A DNA stretch of 64,000 nt from a bacterium (lineage in GTDB: Bacteria > Patescibacteriota > UBA1384 > CAILIB01): positions 637,465-701,464 of the forward strand of contig JBAXRQ010000001.1 in the NCBI GenBank assembly GCA_037131105.1, in the 5' to 3' direction. Positions 10,105 to 19,739 of this stretch are shown in pieces; position 1 is the stretch's first letter; the number at the start of each line of letters is the position of its first letter. The notes below the pieces were generated by a model, which was given only the letters and a program-made list of their open reading frames with translations, had not been told where the DNA came from and ran no database searches. The position numbers were made by a program, and so were the translations under genes.

Positions 10105-10572
10105 ATGCATACCCGCTATATCGTCTCAGCCATTGTCCAGCAGAATGACAACATCCTTCTTGGTCGAAAGGCCAAGGGTAAGCCACCGTATCCTGACGCC
10201 TGGCACCTTCCCGGCGGAGGCATTGAGGAGCCTGAGCAAGCCGCAGCCCTCATTGAAAAGATGGAGCTCAACGACCCCTATCTCCATGCCGAGCTGCGTC
10301 GCGAGGTAATGGAAGAGCTCGGCATTGAGATCACAAATATCCGCTGCATCGTGCCGGAGTTCAGACCTACGGTCCGTCAAGCCGAGACCGTAAACAAAGA
10401 CGGTGAGCCAACTCATTACTATTTCCTCGAATATCTCTGCGACTTTGCAAGCGGAGAAGTAGTGCCCGGTGACGATCTGGCCGAAGCGCGTTGGTTCTCA
10501 AAGGACGAATTGAAGGGCCTCGTGCTTACCCCTCCCAGCCAAGAGATGTATCGCGAACTAGGCTGGATCTAA
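10105..10572 (+). CDS. NUDIX hydrolase
   Basis: Nudix box GGGIEEPEQAAALIEKMELNDPYLHAELRREVMEELGI. Confidence 0.8.
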   Translation: MHTRYIVSAIVQQNDNILLGRKAKGKPPYPDAWHLPGGGIEEPEQAAALIEKMELNDPYLHAELRREVMEELGIEITNIRCIVPEFRPTVRQAETVNKDGEPTHYYFLEYLCDFASGEVVPGDDLAEARWFSKDELKGLVLTPPSQEMYRELGWI

Positions 10573-10587
10573 CCTAATCAAGCGGCA

Positions 10588-11073
10588 ATGAGCAATGAGA
10601 TAGAACGTAAGTTTTTCCTCAAGGAAATGCCCGACATCAGTGGCATCACCAAGACTACACTTGAGCGCCATTTTCTGTTTGACGAGGACGGTGTTGAATT
10701 GCGTATCCAGAGTAATGGCAAGGACCACACCCTTCAGCGTAAGGTAACGCTCTCTGATAGCGAACACACCGTTGAAAAAATAGCCCTCAGCCAAAAAGAA
10801 TTCGATATTTTGAAGAAACTGTCTGTCGCCACCATCTCACGGGAAAGCTACCACCTTTCCGATGCTCCTCCGACTGATCTCCGCATCTATCACGGACCCT
10901 TCGAGAGATTGGTACGGGTGGAGTTTGAGTTTGAGAACGCCCCTGCCATGGAAGCCTTCCGGGCGCCCGACTGGGTCGGAAAGGAAATGACTGGCTCCCG
11001 CCTTTCCCGCGACTCCTGGCTTCTCAAACTAAGTAAGGAAGAGTTCGCCACCCTGCTCAGCCAACAGGCATAA
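10588..11073 (+). CDS. CYTH-domain protein (triphosphate tunnel metalloenzyme)
   Basis: N-terminal EIERKFFL (ExExK) signature; 161 aa. Confidence 0.7.
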   Translation: MSNEIERKFFLKEMPDISGITKTTLERHFLFDEDGVELRIQSNGKDHTLQRKVTLSDSEHTVEKIALSQKEFDILKKLSVATISRESYHLSDAPPTDLRIYHGPFERLVRVEFEFENAPAMEAFRAPDWVGKEMTGSRLSRDSWLLKLSKEEFATLLSQQA

Positions 11074-11138
11074 TGGTGCGTCCACGCCATCGCTGGGCGC
11101 CTGTGATATACTAAGTTTACAAACCTAAACATACCTGT

Positions 11139-12050
11139 ATGAGCCTCACCCTCCGTGAAATCCGCGAGAACTGCACCCGGGCCCGCAACCTGATGCAGCG
11201 CACCCATGACGAGAAGTACGCCGTCGGCGCCTTCAATATCGACAACCAGGAGACCCTCATCGCCGCCGTTGGCGCCGCCCAGAAGATGAACTCCCCCATC
11301 CTGGTTGAGGTGAGTGACGGCGAGGTCAAGGCCATGGGCCTGGATACTATCCGCGATATGGTGGACAACTATCGCCGCCAGTTCAACGTCGAGGTCTACG
11401 TCAACCTTGACCACAGCCCCAGCGTCGAGGCTGCCAAGGCCGGTATCGACGCCGGATTTGAGTTCATCCACATCGACGTTAGCCAGGCCAACCATGACGC
11501 CACTGACGAGCAGATCATTGCCGACACCCGTGAAGTCGTCGAATACGCCAAGTTCACCGGCGCCTCGGTAGAGAGCGAGCCACATTACTTCGGAGGCGGA
11601 TCCAACGTCTTCAAGGAGGCCATGGACTACGATGAGATCAAGAAGACCTTCTCCACACCTGACGGTTCCCGCGCCTTCCTGGAAGCCACCGGCATCGACA
11701 CCTTCGCCGCCGCCGTGGGCAACCTGCACGGCAAATACCCGGTACCGAAGGAGCTCGACCTTGAGCTCTTGCAGCAGATCCGCAACGTCATTTCCTGCAA
11801 CATCAGCCTACACGGCGGCAGCGGCACCCCCCTGCATTACTTTATCGACGCCGCCCGTATCGGGGTCAGCAAGATCAACATCAACACCGACATGCGCTTC
11901 GCCTTCAGGAAGACCCTGGAAAAGACCCTGGCTGAGCACCCTGACGAGTACGCAGTCATCAAGCTGATGCCCGAGGTTATCCAAAGCATCCAGCAGGTAG
12001 TCGAGGAAAAGATTGAGGCTTTCGGTTCCACCGGCAAGGCCCAGCTCTAA
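11139..12050 (+). CDS. fba: fructose-bisphosphate aldolase, class II
   Basis: GAFNIDNQETLIAAVGAAQKMNSPILVEVS and the LDHS zinc-ligand region. Confidence 0.9.
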   Translation: MSLTLREIRENCTRARNLMQRTHDEKYAVGAFNIDNQETLIAAVGAAQKMNSPILVEVSDGEVKAMGLDTIRDMVDNYRRQFNVEVYVNLDHSPSVEAAKAGIDAGFEFIHIDVSQANHDATDEQIIADTREVVEYAKFTGASVESEPHYFGGGSNVFKEAMDYDEIKKTFSTPDGSRAFLEATGIDTFAAAVGNLHGKYPVPKELDLELLQQIRNVISCNISLHGGSGTPLHYFIDAARIGVSKININTDMRFAFRKTLEKTLAEHPDEYAVIKLMPEVIQSIQQVVEEKIEAFGSTGKAQL

Positions 12051-12068
12051 GAACATCAGCGTTTCAGT

Positions 12069-12581
12069 GTGAACGCCCCGCCCCGCCTCTACTTCATCAC
12101 CGGCATTTCAGGTTCCGGTAAGACCAGTGTGGCTCGTAGGCTGCAAGAGCTGGGAGAAGTGACCCTGGATAGCAAGCTCCAAGAAGGCCTCTTTCTTTTC
12201 ACAGATAAGGATGGCAAGGCTCCCGAGGATTACCGCCCCCGTGACCAGGACTGGAAGGAGAACTATTCCTGGGTGCTAAACAAGCGTCTTTTTGATACCC
12301 TCATGGAGGAGAACCGCCGCGCTAAGCGCGTCTTTCTCTGTGGTGGGGCCGATGATCTTATGCGCTACTGGAGCGCCGGCGAAAAGGTATTTCTACTATG
12401 GATCGATCTTCCCACCATGCTGAAACGACTGGACCGACAAAATCTCGGCAAGGACGACGTGCTGCGCGAACGACTGGAACGCTACCAAAACACCAAGATC
12501 GAGGCAGGCGCCGTGCCCATTGACGCCATTCGTCCGGTAGAGGAAGTGGTCCAGCAGATCCTAGATCAGACAACCCCCTAA
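12069..12581 (+). CDS. P-loop kinase-like ATPase (AAA_33-like)
   Basis: Walker A GISGSGKTS. Confidence 0.5.
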   Translation: MNAPPRLYFITGISGSGKTSVARRLQELGEVTLDSKLQEGLFLFTDKDGKAPEDYRPRDQDWKENYSWVLNKRLFDTLMEENRRAKRVFLCGGADDLMRYWSAGEKVFLLWIDLPTMLKRLDRQNLGKDDVLRERLERYQNTKIEAGAVPIDAIRPVEEVVQQILDQTTP

Positions 12582-12590
12582 CCCATCCCT

Positions 12591-12992
12591 ATGGACGACT
12601 GTATTTTCTGCAAGATCGCCGCTGGCGAAGCCAAGTCCTGGAAAGTGAAGGAGAATGACACCGCCTACGCCTTCCTGGACATTCACCCAACCAATCCCTA
12701 CCACACCCTGGTCATCCCCAAGGCGCACTACCGGGACATCTTTGACATTCCCAAGGACGAACTGGCAGGGATTATGTCACTAGTCAAAGACATAACAGAC
12801 CTCTACAGCGCCAAGCTGGGCATCCAGAACGTGCAGATAGTAAACAGCTCCGGGGCCGAGGCTCAGCAGGATGTGTTTCATATTCATTTCCACATAGTTC
12901 CCCGCCACGAAGGCGACGGTCAGGACGTCACATGGACCACCCACCCTGAGCTTGCCGAGAAGTTCCCTGAGCTGCTGGCGAAGCTCAATTAA
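12591..12992 (+). CDS. HIT family (histidine triad) nucleotide hydrolase
   Basis: HIHFHIVPR histidine triad; N-terminal CIFCKI. Confidence 0.85.
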   Translation: MDDCIFCKIAAGEAKSWKVKENDTAYAFLDIHPTNPYHTLVIPKAHYRDIFDIPKDELAGIMSLVKDITDLYSAKLGIQNVQIVNSSGAEAQQDVFHIHFHIVPRHEGDGQDVTWTTHPELAEKFPELLAKLN

Positions 12993-12999
12993 AAAAGAA

Positions 13000-13024
13000 G
13001 GTGGGAGAGTCATGCTCTCCCACC
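13000..13024. terminator. bidirectional Rho-independent terminator between convergent genes
   Basis: Perfect 10-bp inverted repeat ggtgggagag-tcatg-ctctcccacc. It is flanked by aaaaaa on one side. On the other side only CCCCGTG follows, with no T-run, so bidirectionality is tentative. Confidence 0.6.
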
Positions 13025-13063
13025 CCCGTGATCTGACCAAAACCCCAACTGCTGGCTTTCCGA

Positions 13064-13459
13064 TCAATAGCCGCTTTTCCGTTCAGGAACGATGAACGGC
13101 ACCATCTGTGAGTAGGCCGAATACGCGCCATTGGCATTCTTGTAGCGCACCCGTACGTACCACGTCCCCGGTGAAAGCGTTGGCGGATTATAGGTGGCAA
13201 AATGCGACTTCTCGCTTTTTGTAACCAGCCGTTGCGAGTCAAACGTATCCACCGTATCAAGCTGCCACTGTGAGGAGACCTGCTTTACCGCGCCCGCATA
13301 CGCCGAGGCGGTAATGACAAGCTTCTTTGTGGAAACCACCGTGCCACTCGTGGGCGAGGTGATAGCCGGAGTATCGACCTCTGCCGAATGGACCGGCATA
13401 GTAACCGACATACCGGCAATGCCCAGTGCAGCAAGTAGCAACTTCCATCGAACCTTCAT
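13064..13459 (-). CDS. secreted hypothetical protein
   Basis: Start chosen at MKVRWKLLLAALGIAG, a signal peptide preceded by a GAGGAG Shine-Dalgarno. Confidence 0.5.
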   Translation of the reverse strand: MKVRWKLLLAALGIAGMSVTMPVHSAEVDTPAITSPTSGTVVSTKKLVITASAYAGAVKQVSSQWQLDTVDTFDSQRLVTKSEKSHFATYNPPTLSPGTWYVRVRYKNANGAYSAYSQMVPFIVPERKSGY

Positions 13460-13692
13460 ATAGACTCCTCTGCAGTCAGTGAGAGGAAAATACACGCACT
13501 ACGCGTGCGCCCACTGACCTTCGTAAACACGGCAATAATGCCCTAGGAAGGGCGACCTGTCAATGATCCAAGACAAGAAAGCACTGCGACTTGTTAGTGT
13601 CCATGCCGACAATCTACCAGGTTAGCACCCTGTAAGCAATCGCATTTTTCCCTGTACCTGAGATACTTTGCCTGTGTGAAAGGGGATGCATC

Positions 13693-14397
13693 ATGAGAGT
13701 AGTACAAGTCGTGATATTGGCGGGTGGCAAGAACGCCTTCCTTCCACGGGGGCTACATCCTACGTACCGGACAAGAGCAGCCACGGCCGCTCTAGCCGTT
13801 ACTTCTCGTAACAACATCTGGGTTGTGACAGATGGGGCTGAAACTAACTTTCAGAACGTACGGGCCGGCAAGAATGTAGGTGCCAGCCTAATCCAAGGCC
13901 TGGCAAAATGTAAAAAGCATGAGCCGGTCATGGTGATCGGGGCAGACCTACCCCATATCACGGGTGAGGCCTTGCAGGCGTTCATAGATGAGGCGAGAAG
14001 GAACGATGACTTAAAAACGAACAGGGAGTCGAAAAGCGATATCTTTGTCGGCTACAGCCTGATGTCTGACTGCCAAGCACTTGGCCACACCAGTAATCAT
14101 GCCGTGAGAATCAACGGCACCGCTGACGCCAAGCTGGCCAGCGTCCATATCCTGGGGCCGAAGGCATTGTCACAGAACTCACGGATACTGGGTCTACTCA
14201 AGAGCCGCAAGAACGTGCCGCTTATGGCATTCCAGCTGCTTGGTATCAGGTGGTTATGCAGAATGGCGTTTCATAGACCACTTTATGTAGCTCAGGCCGA
14301 AGCCGACGTAAAGAAACGCACCGGCCTCGTCATCACGGGAGTCCAGGTACCTGCCGAATTGGCAGTCGACGACGATACAAAGGAGAAACCGAAATGA
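13693..14397 (+). CDS. nucleotidyltransferase-fold protein (MobA/CofC-like)
   Basis: N-terminal VVILAGGK glycine-rich motif and an AAGGGGA Shine-Dalgarno. The family assignment is tentative. Confidence 0.4.
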   Translation: MRVVQVVILAGGKNAFLPRGLHPTYRTRAATAALAVTSRNNIWVVTDGAETNFQNVRAGKNVGASLIQGLAKCKKHEPVMVIGADLPHITGEALQAFIDEARRNDDLKTNRESKSDIFVGYSLMSDCQALGHTSNHAVRINGTADAKLASVHILGPKALSQNSRILGLLKSRKNVPLMAFQLLGIRWLCRMAFHRPLYVAQAEADVKKRTGLVITGVQVPAELAVDDDTKEKPK

Positions 14398-14405
14398 GTC
14401 CAGGA

Positions 14406-14439
14406 CTACCTGCACCGCGCAGGTAGGCCGCCCTTTTTT
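14406..14439 (+). terminator. Rho-independent terminator
   Basis: ctacctgc-accgc-gcaggtag followed by gccgcccTTTTTT; it overlaps the stop of the convergent minus-strand gene. Confidence 0.6.
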
Positions 14440-14833
14440 ATACTTCCCGGTCCCGCAGACTGATGTCGATAAGGGCGACTATACCCCAGGCAATTAACAG
14501 GTATACCGCTATGGCAAGGATTGATGCCGTGTCAAAGTAACCCGTATCACTTCCCGGTGAGGAAAAGATTCCTGCAAACGGCGCAATGAGCGGGTGAGTC
14601 ACTTGGTATAGACTGGCGGTAAAGCCAGTATTCTTGGCTCCTAGTAGCAAAAATACAAAGCGAAGGGCGATCAGTACGTTTAATACCCCTACCACATACC
14701 AGACATAGGCGCCGGCTTTGATGGCGTGATGTTCGCTGACCGCTGACTCAGACGGAACCTTCTCCTGAGTACGCACTGCCTCAGTATTTCCTGTTTGTGG
14801 ATCCTGGGTAACAGTCTCTCGTTCTATTTCCAT
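14438..14833 (-). CDS. YggT-family membrane protein
   Basis: Two TM segments bracketing a THPLIAPF...G.D.ASI pattern like YggT/Ycf19. Confidence 0.45.
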   Translation of the reverse strand: MEIERETVTQDPQTGNTEAVRTQEKVPSESAVSEHHAIKAGAYVWYVVGVLNVLIALRFVFLLLGAKNTGFTASLYQVTHPLIAPFAGIFSSPGSDTGYFDTASILAIAVYLLIAWGIVALIDISLRDREV

Positions 14834-14976
14834 ATGCCTCCTTGCTTAGGGTAGTTAGCTCATCAGTACTATCATTCCATAGTGCAAGGTATAAGGTTGT
14901 AACCTGTCGTGCAAAGCGCTGAAATCTGAGGAGCTTTATGCTACGATCTGACAGAACCTATACGTAACTGAGACCT

Positions 14977-15384
14977 ATGGCCAGCACCAAGCTTGACCCT
15001 TATCTGTTTTTTGCCGGAAACTGCCGCGAAGCAATGGAGTGTTACCACAGTATCTTCGGCGGCGAGCTGAAGATCACCACCATGGGCGAGGCCATGGGTG
15101 AACATGCCGGCGACCGCAAGGACCAGATCATGCACGCCGACCTTTCCGGCGGCGGCATCGAACTCATGGCCAGCGACAGCGACCGCAAGGAGTCCTACGA
15201 GACCAGCTGCATCAGCCTCTCGATCAGCGGTACCGACAGCGACACTATCACTGGCTACTTCAACGCCCTGGCCGAGGGCGGCAAGATCACGACCGAACTG
15301 AAGAAGGAGTCCTGGGGAGACATGTTCGGAACCGTTACCGACAAGTTCGGCATTGACTGGATGGTAAACATCGGCGAGGCCTAG
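14977..15384 (+). CDS. PhnB-like VOC/glyoxalase-superfamily protein
   Basis: LFFAGNCREAMECY...DKFGIDWMVN characteristic of the PhnB/YjdN family. Confidence 0.7.
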   Translation: MASTKLDPYLFFAGNCREAMECYHSIFGGELKITTMGEAMGEHAGDRKDQIMHADLSGGGIELMASDSDRKESYETSCISLSISGTDSDTITGYFNALAEGGKITTELKKESWGDMFGTVTDKFGIDWMVNIGEA

Positions 15385-15405
15385 TTGGGCCCAGCCAAAC
15401 GAAAC

Positions 15406-15436
15406 GCCCCCGCCTCTGCGGGGGCTTTCCGTATTT
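15406..15436. terminator. bidirectional Rho-independent terminator
   Basis: gcccccgc-ctct-gcgggggc followed by TTTCCGTATTT and preceded by aaacgaaac; it sits between convergent genes. Confidence 0.6.
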
Positions 15437-16964
15437 ATTCCCATTCTATAGTCCCCGGCGGTTTCGAAGTAATATCATATACCACCCGGTTTATCCCCTT
15501 CACCTCGCTAATGATTCGGCTGGCCATGGTTGCCAACAGATTATGCGGCAACCGAGACCAGTCTGCCGTCATGCCGTCACTGGATTCCACCACCCGGATG
15601 ACCGCCACCCGCTCATAGGTACGCCCGTCGCCCATCACCCCTACCGACTTTATCGGAAGCAAGACTGCGAAGAACTGCCAAAGTCCCCTGCGGTGCTCGG
15701 AAGCCCCAATCACCTCCCTCACTATGGCATCCGCCTCCTGCACCAAACGCACCGACTGTGGAGTGACCTCGCCGACTATGCGCACTGCCAGGCCGGGACC
15801 AGGAAACGGCTGCCGTCCTGTCATATCAGCTGAAAGCCCTAGTTCCCGCCCTATAATCCGCACCTCATCCTTGAATAGTTCCCTGAGCGGCTCCAGCAGC
15901 TTGAGTTTCATCTTCTTAGGCAAGCCGCCGACATTGTGGTGAGACTTAATGGTGACCGAAGGCCCGTTCACCGAGACCGACTCGATGACATCTGGGTAGA
16001 GTGTCCCCTGCACCAGGAAGGTGACGTCCTTGATCTTATGGGCTTCCTCGTCAAAGATTGAAATGAACTCGGCCCCGATAATTTTGCGCTTCTGCTCAGG
16101 ATCGGTCACCCCCTTTAGCTTAGCCATGAAGCGGCCCTTGGCCCGGATCGGACGCACATGCAAGCCAACCTCGCGGTACATGGCCAATACCTCGTCGTAC
16201 TCACCCTTCCGTAGCAAGCCGGTATCCACGAAAATGCAGGTCTGCTGAGCTCCCACTGCTTGGTTTACCAAGGTTGCCGCCACTGAGGAGTCCACCCCTC
16301 CAGACAGGGCGCAGACTATCTTCTTGGTCCCCACCAGCTCCTTAATCCTGGCGATCTCAGTATGGATGAAAGCCTGTGGGGTCCAGTCCCGCACAAAGCC
16401 GCTGATTTCTATTAGAAAACGCTCTAGGATGAGAGTGCCATTTTCCGAGTGACTTACTTCGGGATGAAACTGCAGTCCATAGATCCGCTTTTCGTGATCC
16501 TCAATAGCGCAGACCAGTCCCCCGCTCTTAGCAGTCACCTTGAACCCCTTAGGAGGGACCGACACATGGTCGCCATGACTCATCCAGACCTGACCGTTCT
16601 CAGCGCCGAGCAGAGTCGAACCCGTCATCGCCTTCATGCGAGCCAGGCCGTATTCGCGGGTCTTCGAGGCTTCTACCGTGCCGCCCAGCATCTGAGTTAG
16701 TAGCTGCAGACCGTAACAGATCCCCAGTACAGGAATCCCGAGCGTAAGCAGCTCGGGATCGATACTAGGCGCCTTCTTGGCATATACGGAGTTGGGACCG
16801 CCGGACAAAATGACGGCCAACGGCTTGTGCTTCTTTATATCGGCAAACGGAGTGCTAAAGGGCAGGATGATACAAAAAACACCCAGCTCGCGGGCGCGCC
16901 GGGCGATCAGCTGGGTATACTGGGAGCCGAAGTCGAGGATGAGGAGGGTCTGGTTTGTTTCCAT
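15435..16964 (-). CDS. guaA: GMP synthase (glutamine-hydrolysing)
   Basis: Class I glutamine amidotransferase N-terminus, ATP-PPase SGGVDS motif, and a C-terminus ending PPGTIEWE. Confidence 0.95.
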   Translation of the reverse strand: METNQTLLILDFGSQYTQLIARRARELGVFCIILPFSTPFADIKKHKPLAVILSGGPNSVYAKKAPSIDPELLTLGIPVLGICYGLQLLTQMLGGTVEASKTREYGLARMKAMTGSTLLGAENGQVWMSHGDHVSVPPKGFKVTAKSGGLVCAIEDHEKRIYGLQFHPEVSHSENGTLILERFLIEISGFVRDWTPQAFIHTEIARIKELVGTKKIVCALSGGVDSSVAATLVNQAVGAQQTCIFVDTGLLRKGEYDEVLAMYREVGLHVRPIRAKGRFMAKLKGVTDPEQKRKIIGAEFISIFDEEAHKIKDVTFLVQGTLYPDVIESVSVNGPSVTIKSHHNVGGLPKKMKLKLLEPLRELFKDEVRIIGRELGLSADMTGRQPFPGPGLAVRIVGEVTPQSVRLVQEADAIVREVIGASEHRRGLWQFFAVLLPIKSVGVMGDGRTYERVAVIRVVESSDGMTADWSRLPHNLLATMASRIISEVKGINRVVYDITSKPPGTIEWE

Positions 16965-17124
16965 AGTTTATTATAGCCCTTCGGACGCAGTATGGCAAAA
17001 GAACGAATAGCAGATCTTTGGGAAGATAATTGCTATAGTCGGTACATGAACGAAGCCTCCATCCACCTATTATCAACTTCCTGAGCCTCACTAAGGGAAG
17101 ATCACTCACTCCTTAAAAAATAGT

Positions 17125-17661
17125 ATGGAAAACATTACCTTCATAACTGGCAATACCGCCAAAGCCGAGCAGCTGGCCTTCCATCTCAAGGCCCCCATCG
17201 CCCACAAGAAGCTCGACCTCGTCGAGATCCAGTCGCTTGACCTGGAAGAGGTAGTCCGCGACAAAGCTGAGCGGGCCTATGCCATTATGCAGTCCCCAGT
17301 ACTAGTAGAAGACACCAGTCTTCGTTTTTCTGCTTTGGGCCGCTTGCCCGGACCGTTGATAAAATGGTTCCTTACCGACCTTGGCAATGACGGTCTGGCC
17401 CACCTCGTAGACGGAAAGGACCGCACCGCCACTGCCGAAGTGATGTTCGGACTGCATGACGGTACCACCTGTCATATTTTTACTGGATCCAAGAAGGGCC
17501 GCATCGCGGAAATACCGCGCGGCGAGAAAGGCTTCGGCTGGGACCCTGTCTTCATTCCAGAGGGGCACGACAAGACCTGGGCAGAAATGACCCTAGAAGA
17601 GCAGAGCGAAACCAGTATGCGCCGGATTGCCCTGGCCAAGCTGCAGGAGTTTTTGGCATGA
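17125..17661 (+). CDS. rdgB: non-canonical purine NTP pyrophosphatase (RdgB/HAM1)
   Basis: FITGN N-terminus and the GFGWDPVFIPEG signature. Confidence 0.9.
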   Translation: MENITFITGNTAKAEQLAFHLKAPIAHKKLDLVEIQSLDLEEVVRDKAERAYAIMQSPVLVEDTSLRFSALGRLPGPLIKWFLTDLGNDGLAHLVDGKDRTATAEVMFGLHDGTTCHIFTGSKKGRIAEIPRGEKGFGWDPVFIPEGHDKTWAEMTLEEQSETSMRRIALAKLQEFLA

Positions 17662-17706
17662 CAGGCATGCGCCCTTACAAAACCACAAAAAGCGTATAGT
17701 AGAGCC

Positions 17707-18198
17707 ATGAAACCCATCCCACCGGCTCGCAGAAACCCGCTTTTCCTCCTCCTAGGCCTGGTCGCCGTCGCCTTGGCTGTCATTTTTTTCCTTTTGCCCC
17801 GGATATTGTTCACCTATGAGGCTACCGTAGATGCACATATCTACAAATTCAACTGCCCGACCAAAGACACGGCTTTTTTTCAGATTAACTGGGAGGTCTA
17901 CCACGGTCCCGCCGCTATCGCCACCTACCCGGACGGGGGCTCAAGCAAGACAGTAAAGTCCGGCACTACCGTGTATCGCTGGAATCTCAAGGACAACACC
18001 GTTACCCAGATTGAAAATATGCCTGATTACAGTCCAAGTGACCAGGTATGTGACGTGAGCAACCGCGGACTCTTTTCTTCTCAGGCTACCTCTCCCACAA
18101 CGACAGCCGCCGAGGAGAACGACAGCGACCTGAATATTCCACCCCGGTATCTGACCTATAGCCAGCTTGGCTTACCGCTGCCGAGCGACTATGTATGA
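17707..18198 (+). CDS. membrane-anchored hypothetical protein
   Basis: N-terminal TM helix; no recognisable domain. Confidence 0.4.
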   Translation: MKPIPPARRNPLFLLLGLVAVALAVIFFLLPRILFTYEATVDAHIYKFNCPTKDTAFFQINWEVYHGPAAIATYPDGGSSKTVKSGTTVYRWNLKDNTVTQIENMPDYSPSDQVCDVSNRGLFSSQATSPTTTAAEENDSDLNIPPRYLTYSQLGLPLPSDYV

Positions 18199-18225
18199 TG
18201 GAGTGTATTATTAGCACTGATCCCT

Positions 18226-18504
18226 ATGACCCCCGTCTTTATCTTCAGTATCCTGGTCACTGTCTTTTCTCTAGCCCTCACTCTCCTGGGTATTCCCGCC
18301 CAGATCGCCAAGAACCACCGTGAAAAGCGTTCCGGCCAGCCGATCATGACCATTCTCATCGCCCTGGCATTCTACGCCTCCCAGATCGGCTTCTTCACCC
18401 TCACCCACGCCTACCTGCCGCTGACCTCGTTCATCATCGGGTTCTTCATGTGGGGGATCACCCTGGTCCAGTGGATTTTGTACCGAAAAAGTGCAGCATC
18501 ATAG
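18226..18504 (+). CDS. small 3-TM membrane protein, possibly PQ-loop/SemiSWEET- or LAB_N-like
   Basis: 92 aa with three predicted TM helices and PAQIAK...S.Q after TM1. Confidence 0.35.
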   Translation: MTPVFIFSILVTVFSLALTLLGIPAQIAKNHREKRSGQPIMTILIALAFYASQIGFFTLTHAYLPLTSFIIGFFMWGITLVQWILYRKSAAS

Positions 18505-18619
18505 ACTCTGGCCTCATTTGAGCTCGTGAAGCACCTCCACAGCAGATAGGCACACCTGTCTCTTGGTAGAACATGCTAGGTCTCGTATACTGAAAGCATC
18601 CTGAGCATTAACCCAATCC

Positions 18620-19702
18620 ATGGAAAAGCAACCCGAGCCTGAAGTTATTGAGAAGCCAGTTGAGACTACATCTCCCGTAGCTGTTAGTGAGCCAGGCAAA
18701 AAACCCATACTTGTTATCGTTGGTCTCGTAGCTGTTACCGCAGTTGGTGCGGGAGTAGCTTACGCCATACTCGGCCGCTCAAAAACCTCTGTCGCCCCTG
18801 TCGCCTCTAGTACTCCCGCACTCACTGCCACAACCAATGCTACGGCTGCGACGCCCACCGCCACCCCTACTCCTACACCTGCAGGCACCACCATCTCAGT
18901 AAAGGAAGAAGGCAAACTCATCCTTCCTGGTGGCTATGCCGACCCTACCGTCGTCCCCTATAGCGGCGGCTTCCGCATGTACGTCAACAGCTTTGGGCAC
19001 GGTCCTTCAGGCTATCTCACCTACACTTCACCCGACGGTGTGACCTGGACCAAGGAGAAAGGGATTATTATCTCAGGTGTTGCCACTGGTCGAGCCATCG
19101 TCCTACCCACCGGCATACGCTTCTACTATCCCGGCATGCAGCCCATCAAGCCTTCCGATCCTCAGGCCGACATGCTTAGCTCATTCAGTAGCGACGGTAT
19201 CACTTGGAAGAAAGACGCCGGCACCATCCTTTCACCCCGGAGCAACCTCTATTACGTAGAAGGTCCTACCGTCTTCCAGCTGCCTGACAAGACCTGGCGC
19301 ATGTACTTCAACGAGAACACTGTAGCCGCCGGTAACAACCGGGATGGCTCCATCTGGGGCGCCAGCTCAGCCGACGGGACCACCTGGAAGCGCGATGCCG
19401 CCCTCACCCTCGAAGCTGACGGCGTCACCGAGACCGGTACTACCACCTGGAAGCAGGCCCTGCACCCATTCGTGGTCACCAACCCCAAAGGCGGCTATAT
19501 CATGTTCTACAATGCCCATTCCGAGCTCTACGCTGCCACCTCCACCGACGGCCTGACCTGGAAGAAGATCGGAAAGATAGGGGTTCACGGGGCTGACGCT
19601 GACGGATATTTCCTTGCCGACGGGACGTTTAGACTGTTCTACGGCGGATTCAGCGAAAAGGACGGCGGCCTGATCTATATGGCGGTCCTAAACGTCAAGT
19701 AG
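18620..19702 (+). CDS. membrane-anchored BNR/Asp-box repeat beta-propeller protein (putative glycosidase-like)
   Basis: Four S-x-D-G-x-T-W Asp-box repeats (SPDGVTW, SSDGITW, SADGTTW, STDGLTW); N-terminal TM helix and a Thr/Pro linker. Confidence 0.6.
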   Translation: MEKQPEPEVIEKPVETTSPVAVSEPGKKPILVIVGLVAVTAVGAGVAYAILGRSKTSVAPVASSTPALTATTNATAATPTATPTPTPAGTTISVKEEGKLILPGGYADPTVVPYSGGFRMYVNSFGHGPSGYLTYTSPDGVTWTKEKGIIISGVATGRAIVLPTGIRFYYPGMQPIKPSDPQADMLSSFSSDGITWKKDAGTILSPRSNLYYVEGPTVFQLPDKTWRMYFNENTVAAGNNRDGSIWGASSADGTTWKRDAALTLEADGVTETGTTTWKQALHPFVVTNPKGGYIMFYNAHSELYAATSTDGLTWKKIGKIGVHGADADGYFLADGTFRLFYGGFSEKDGGLIYMAVLNVK

Positions 19703-19739
19703 ATATTCCTAGCCATATACAGCCCAGTAGTTCGCCCAC

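Noticed and set aside
10890-11729. 279-aa minus-strand ORF
   Set aside because: Entirely antisense to the well-supported class II aldolase gene. Gly/Val-rich low-complexity translation typical of GC-rich antisense frames.
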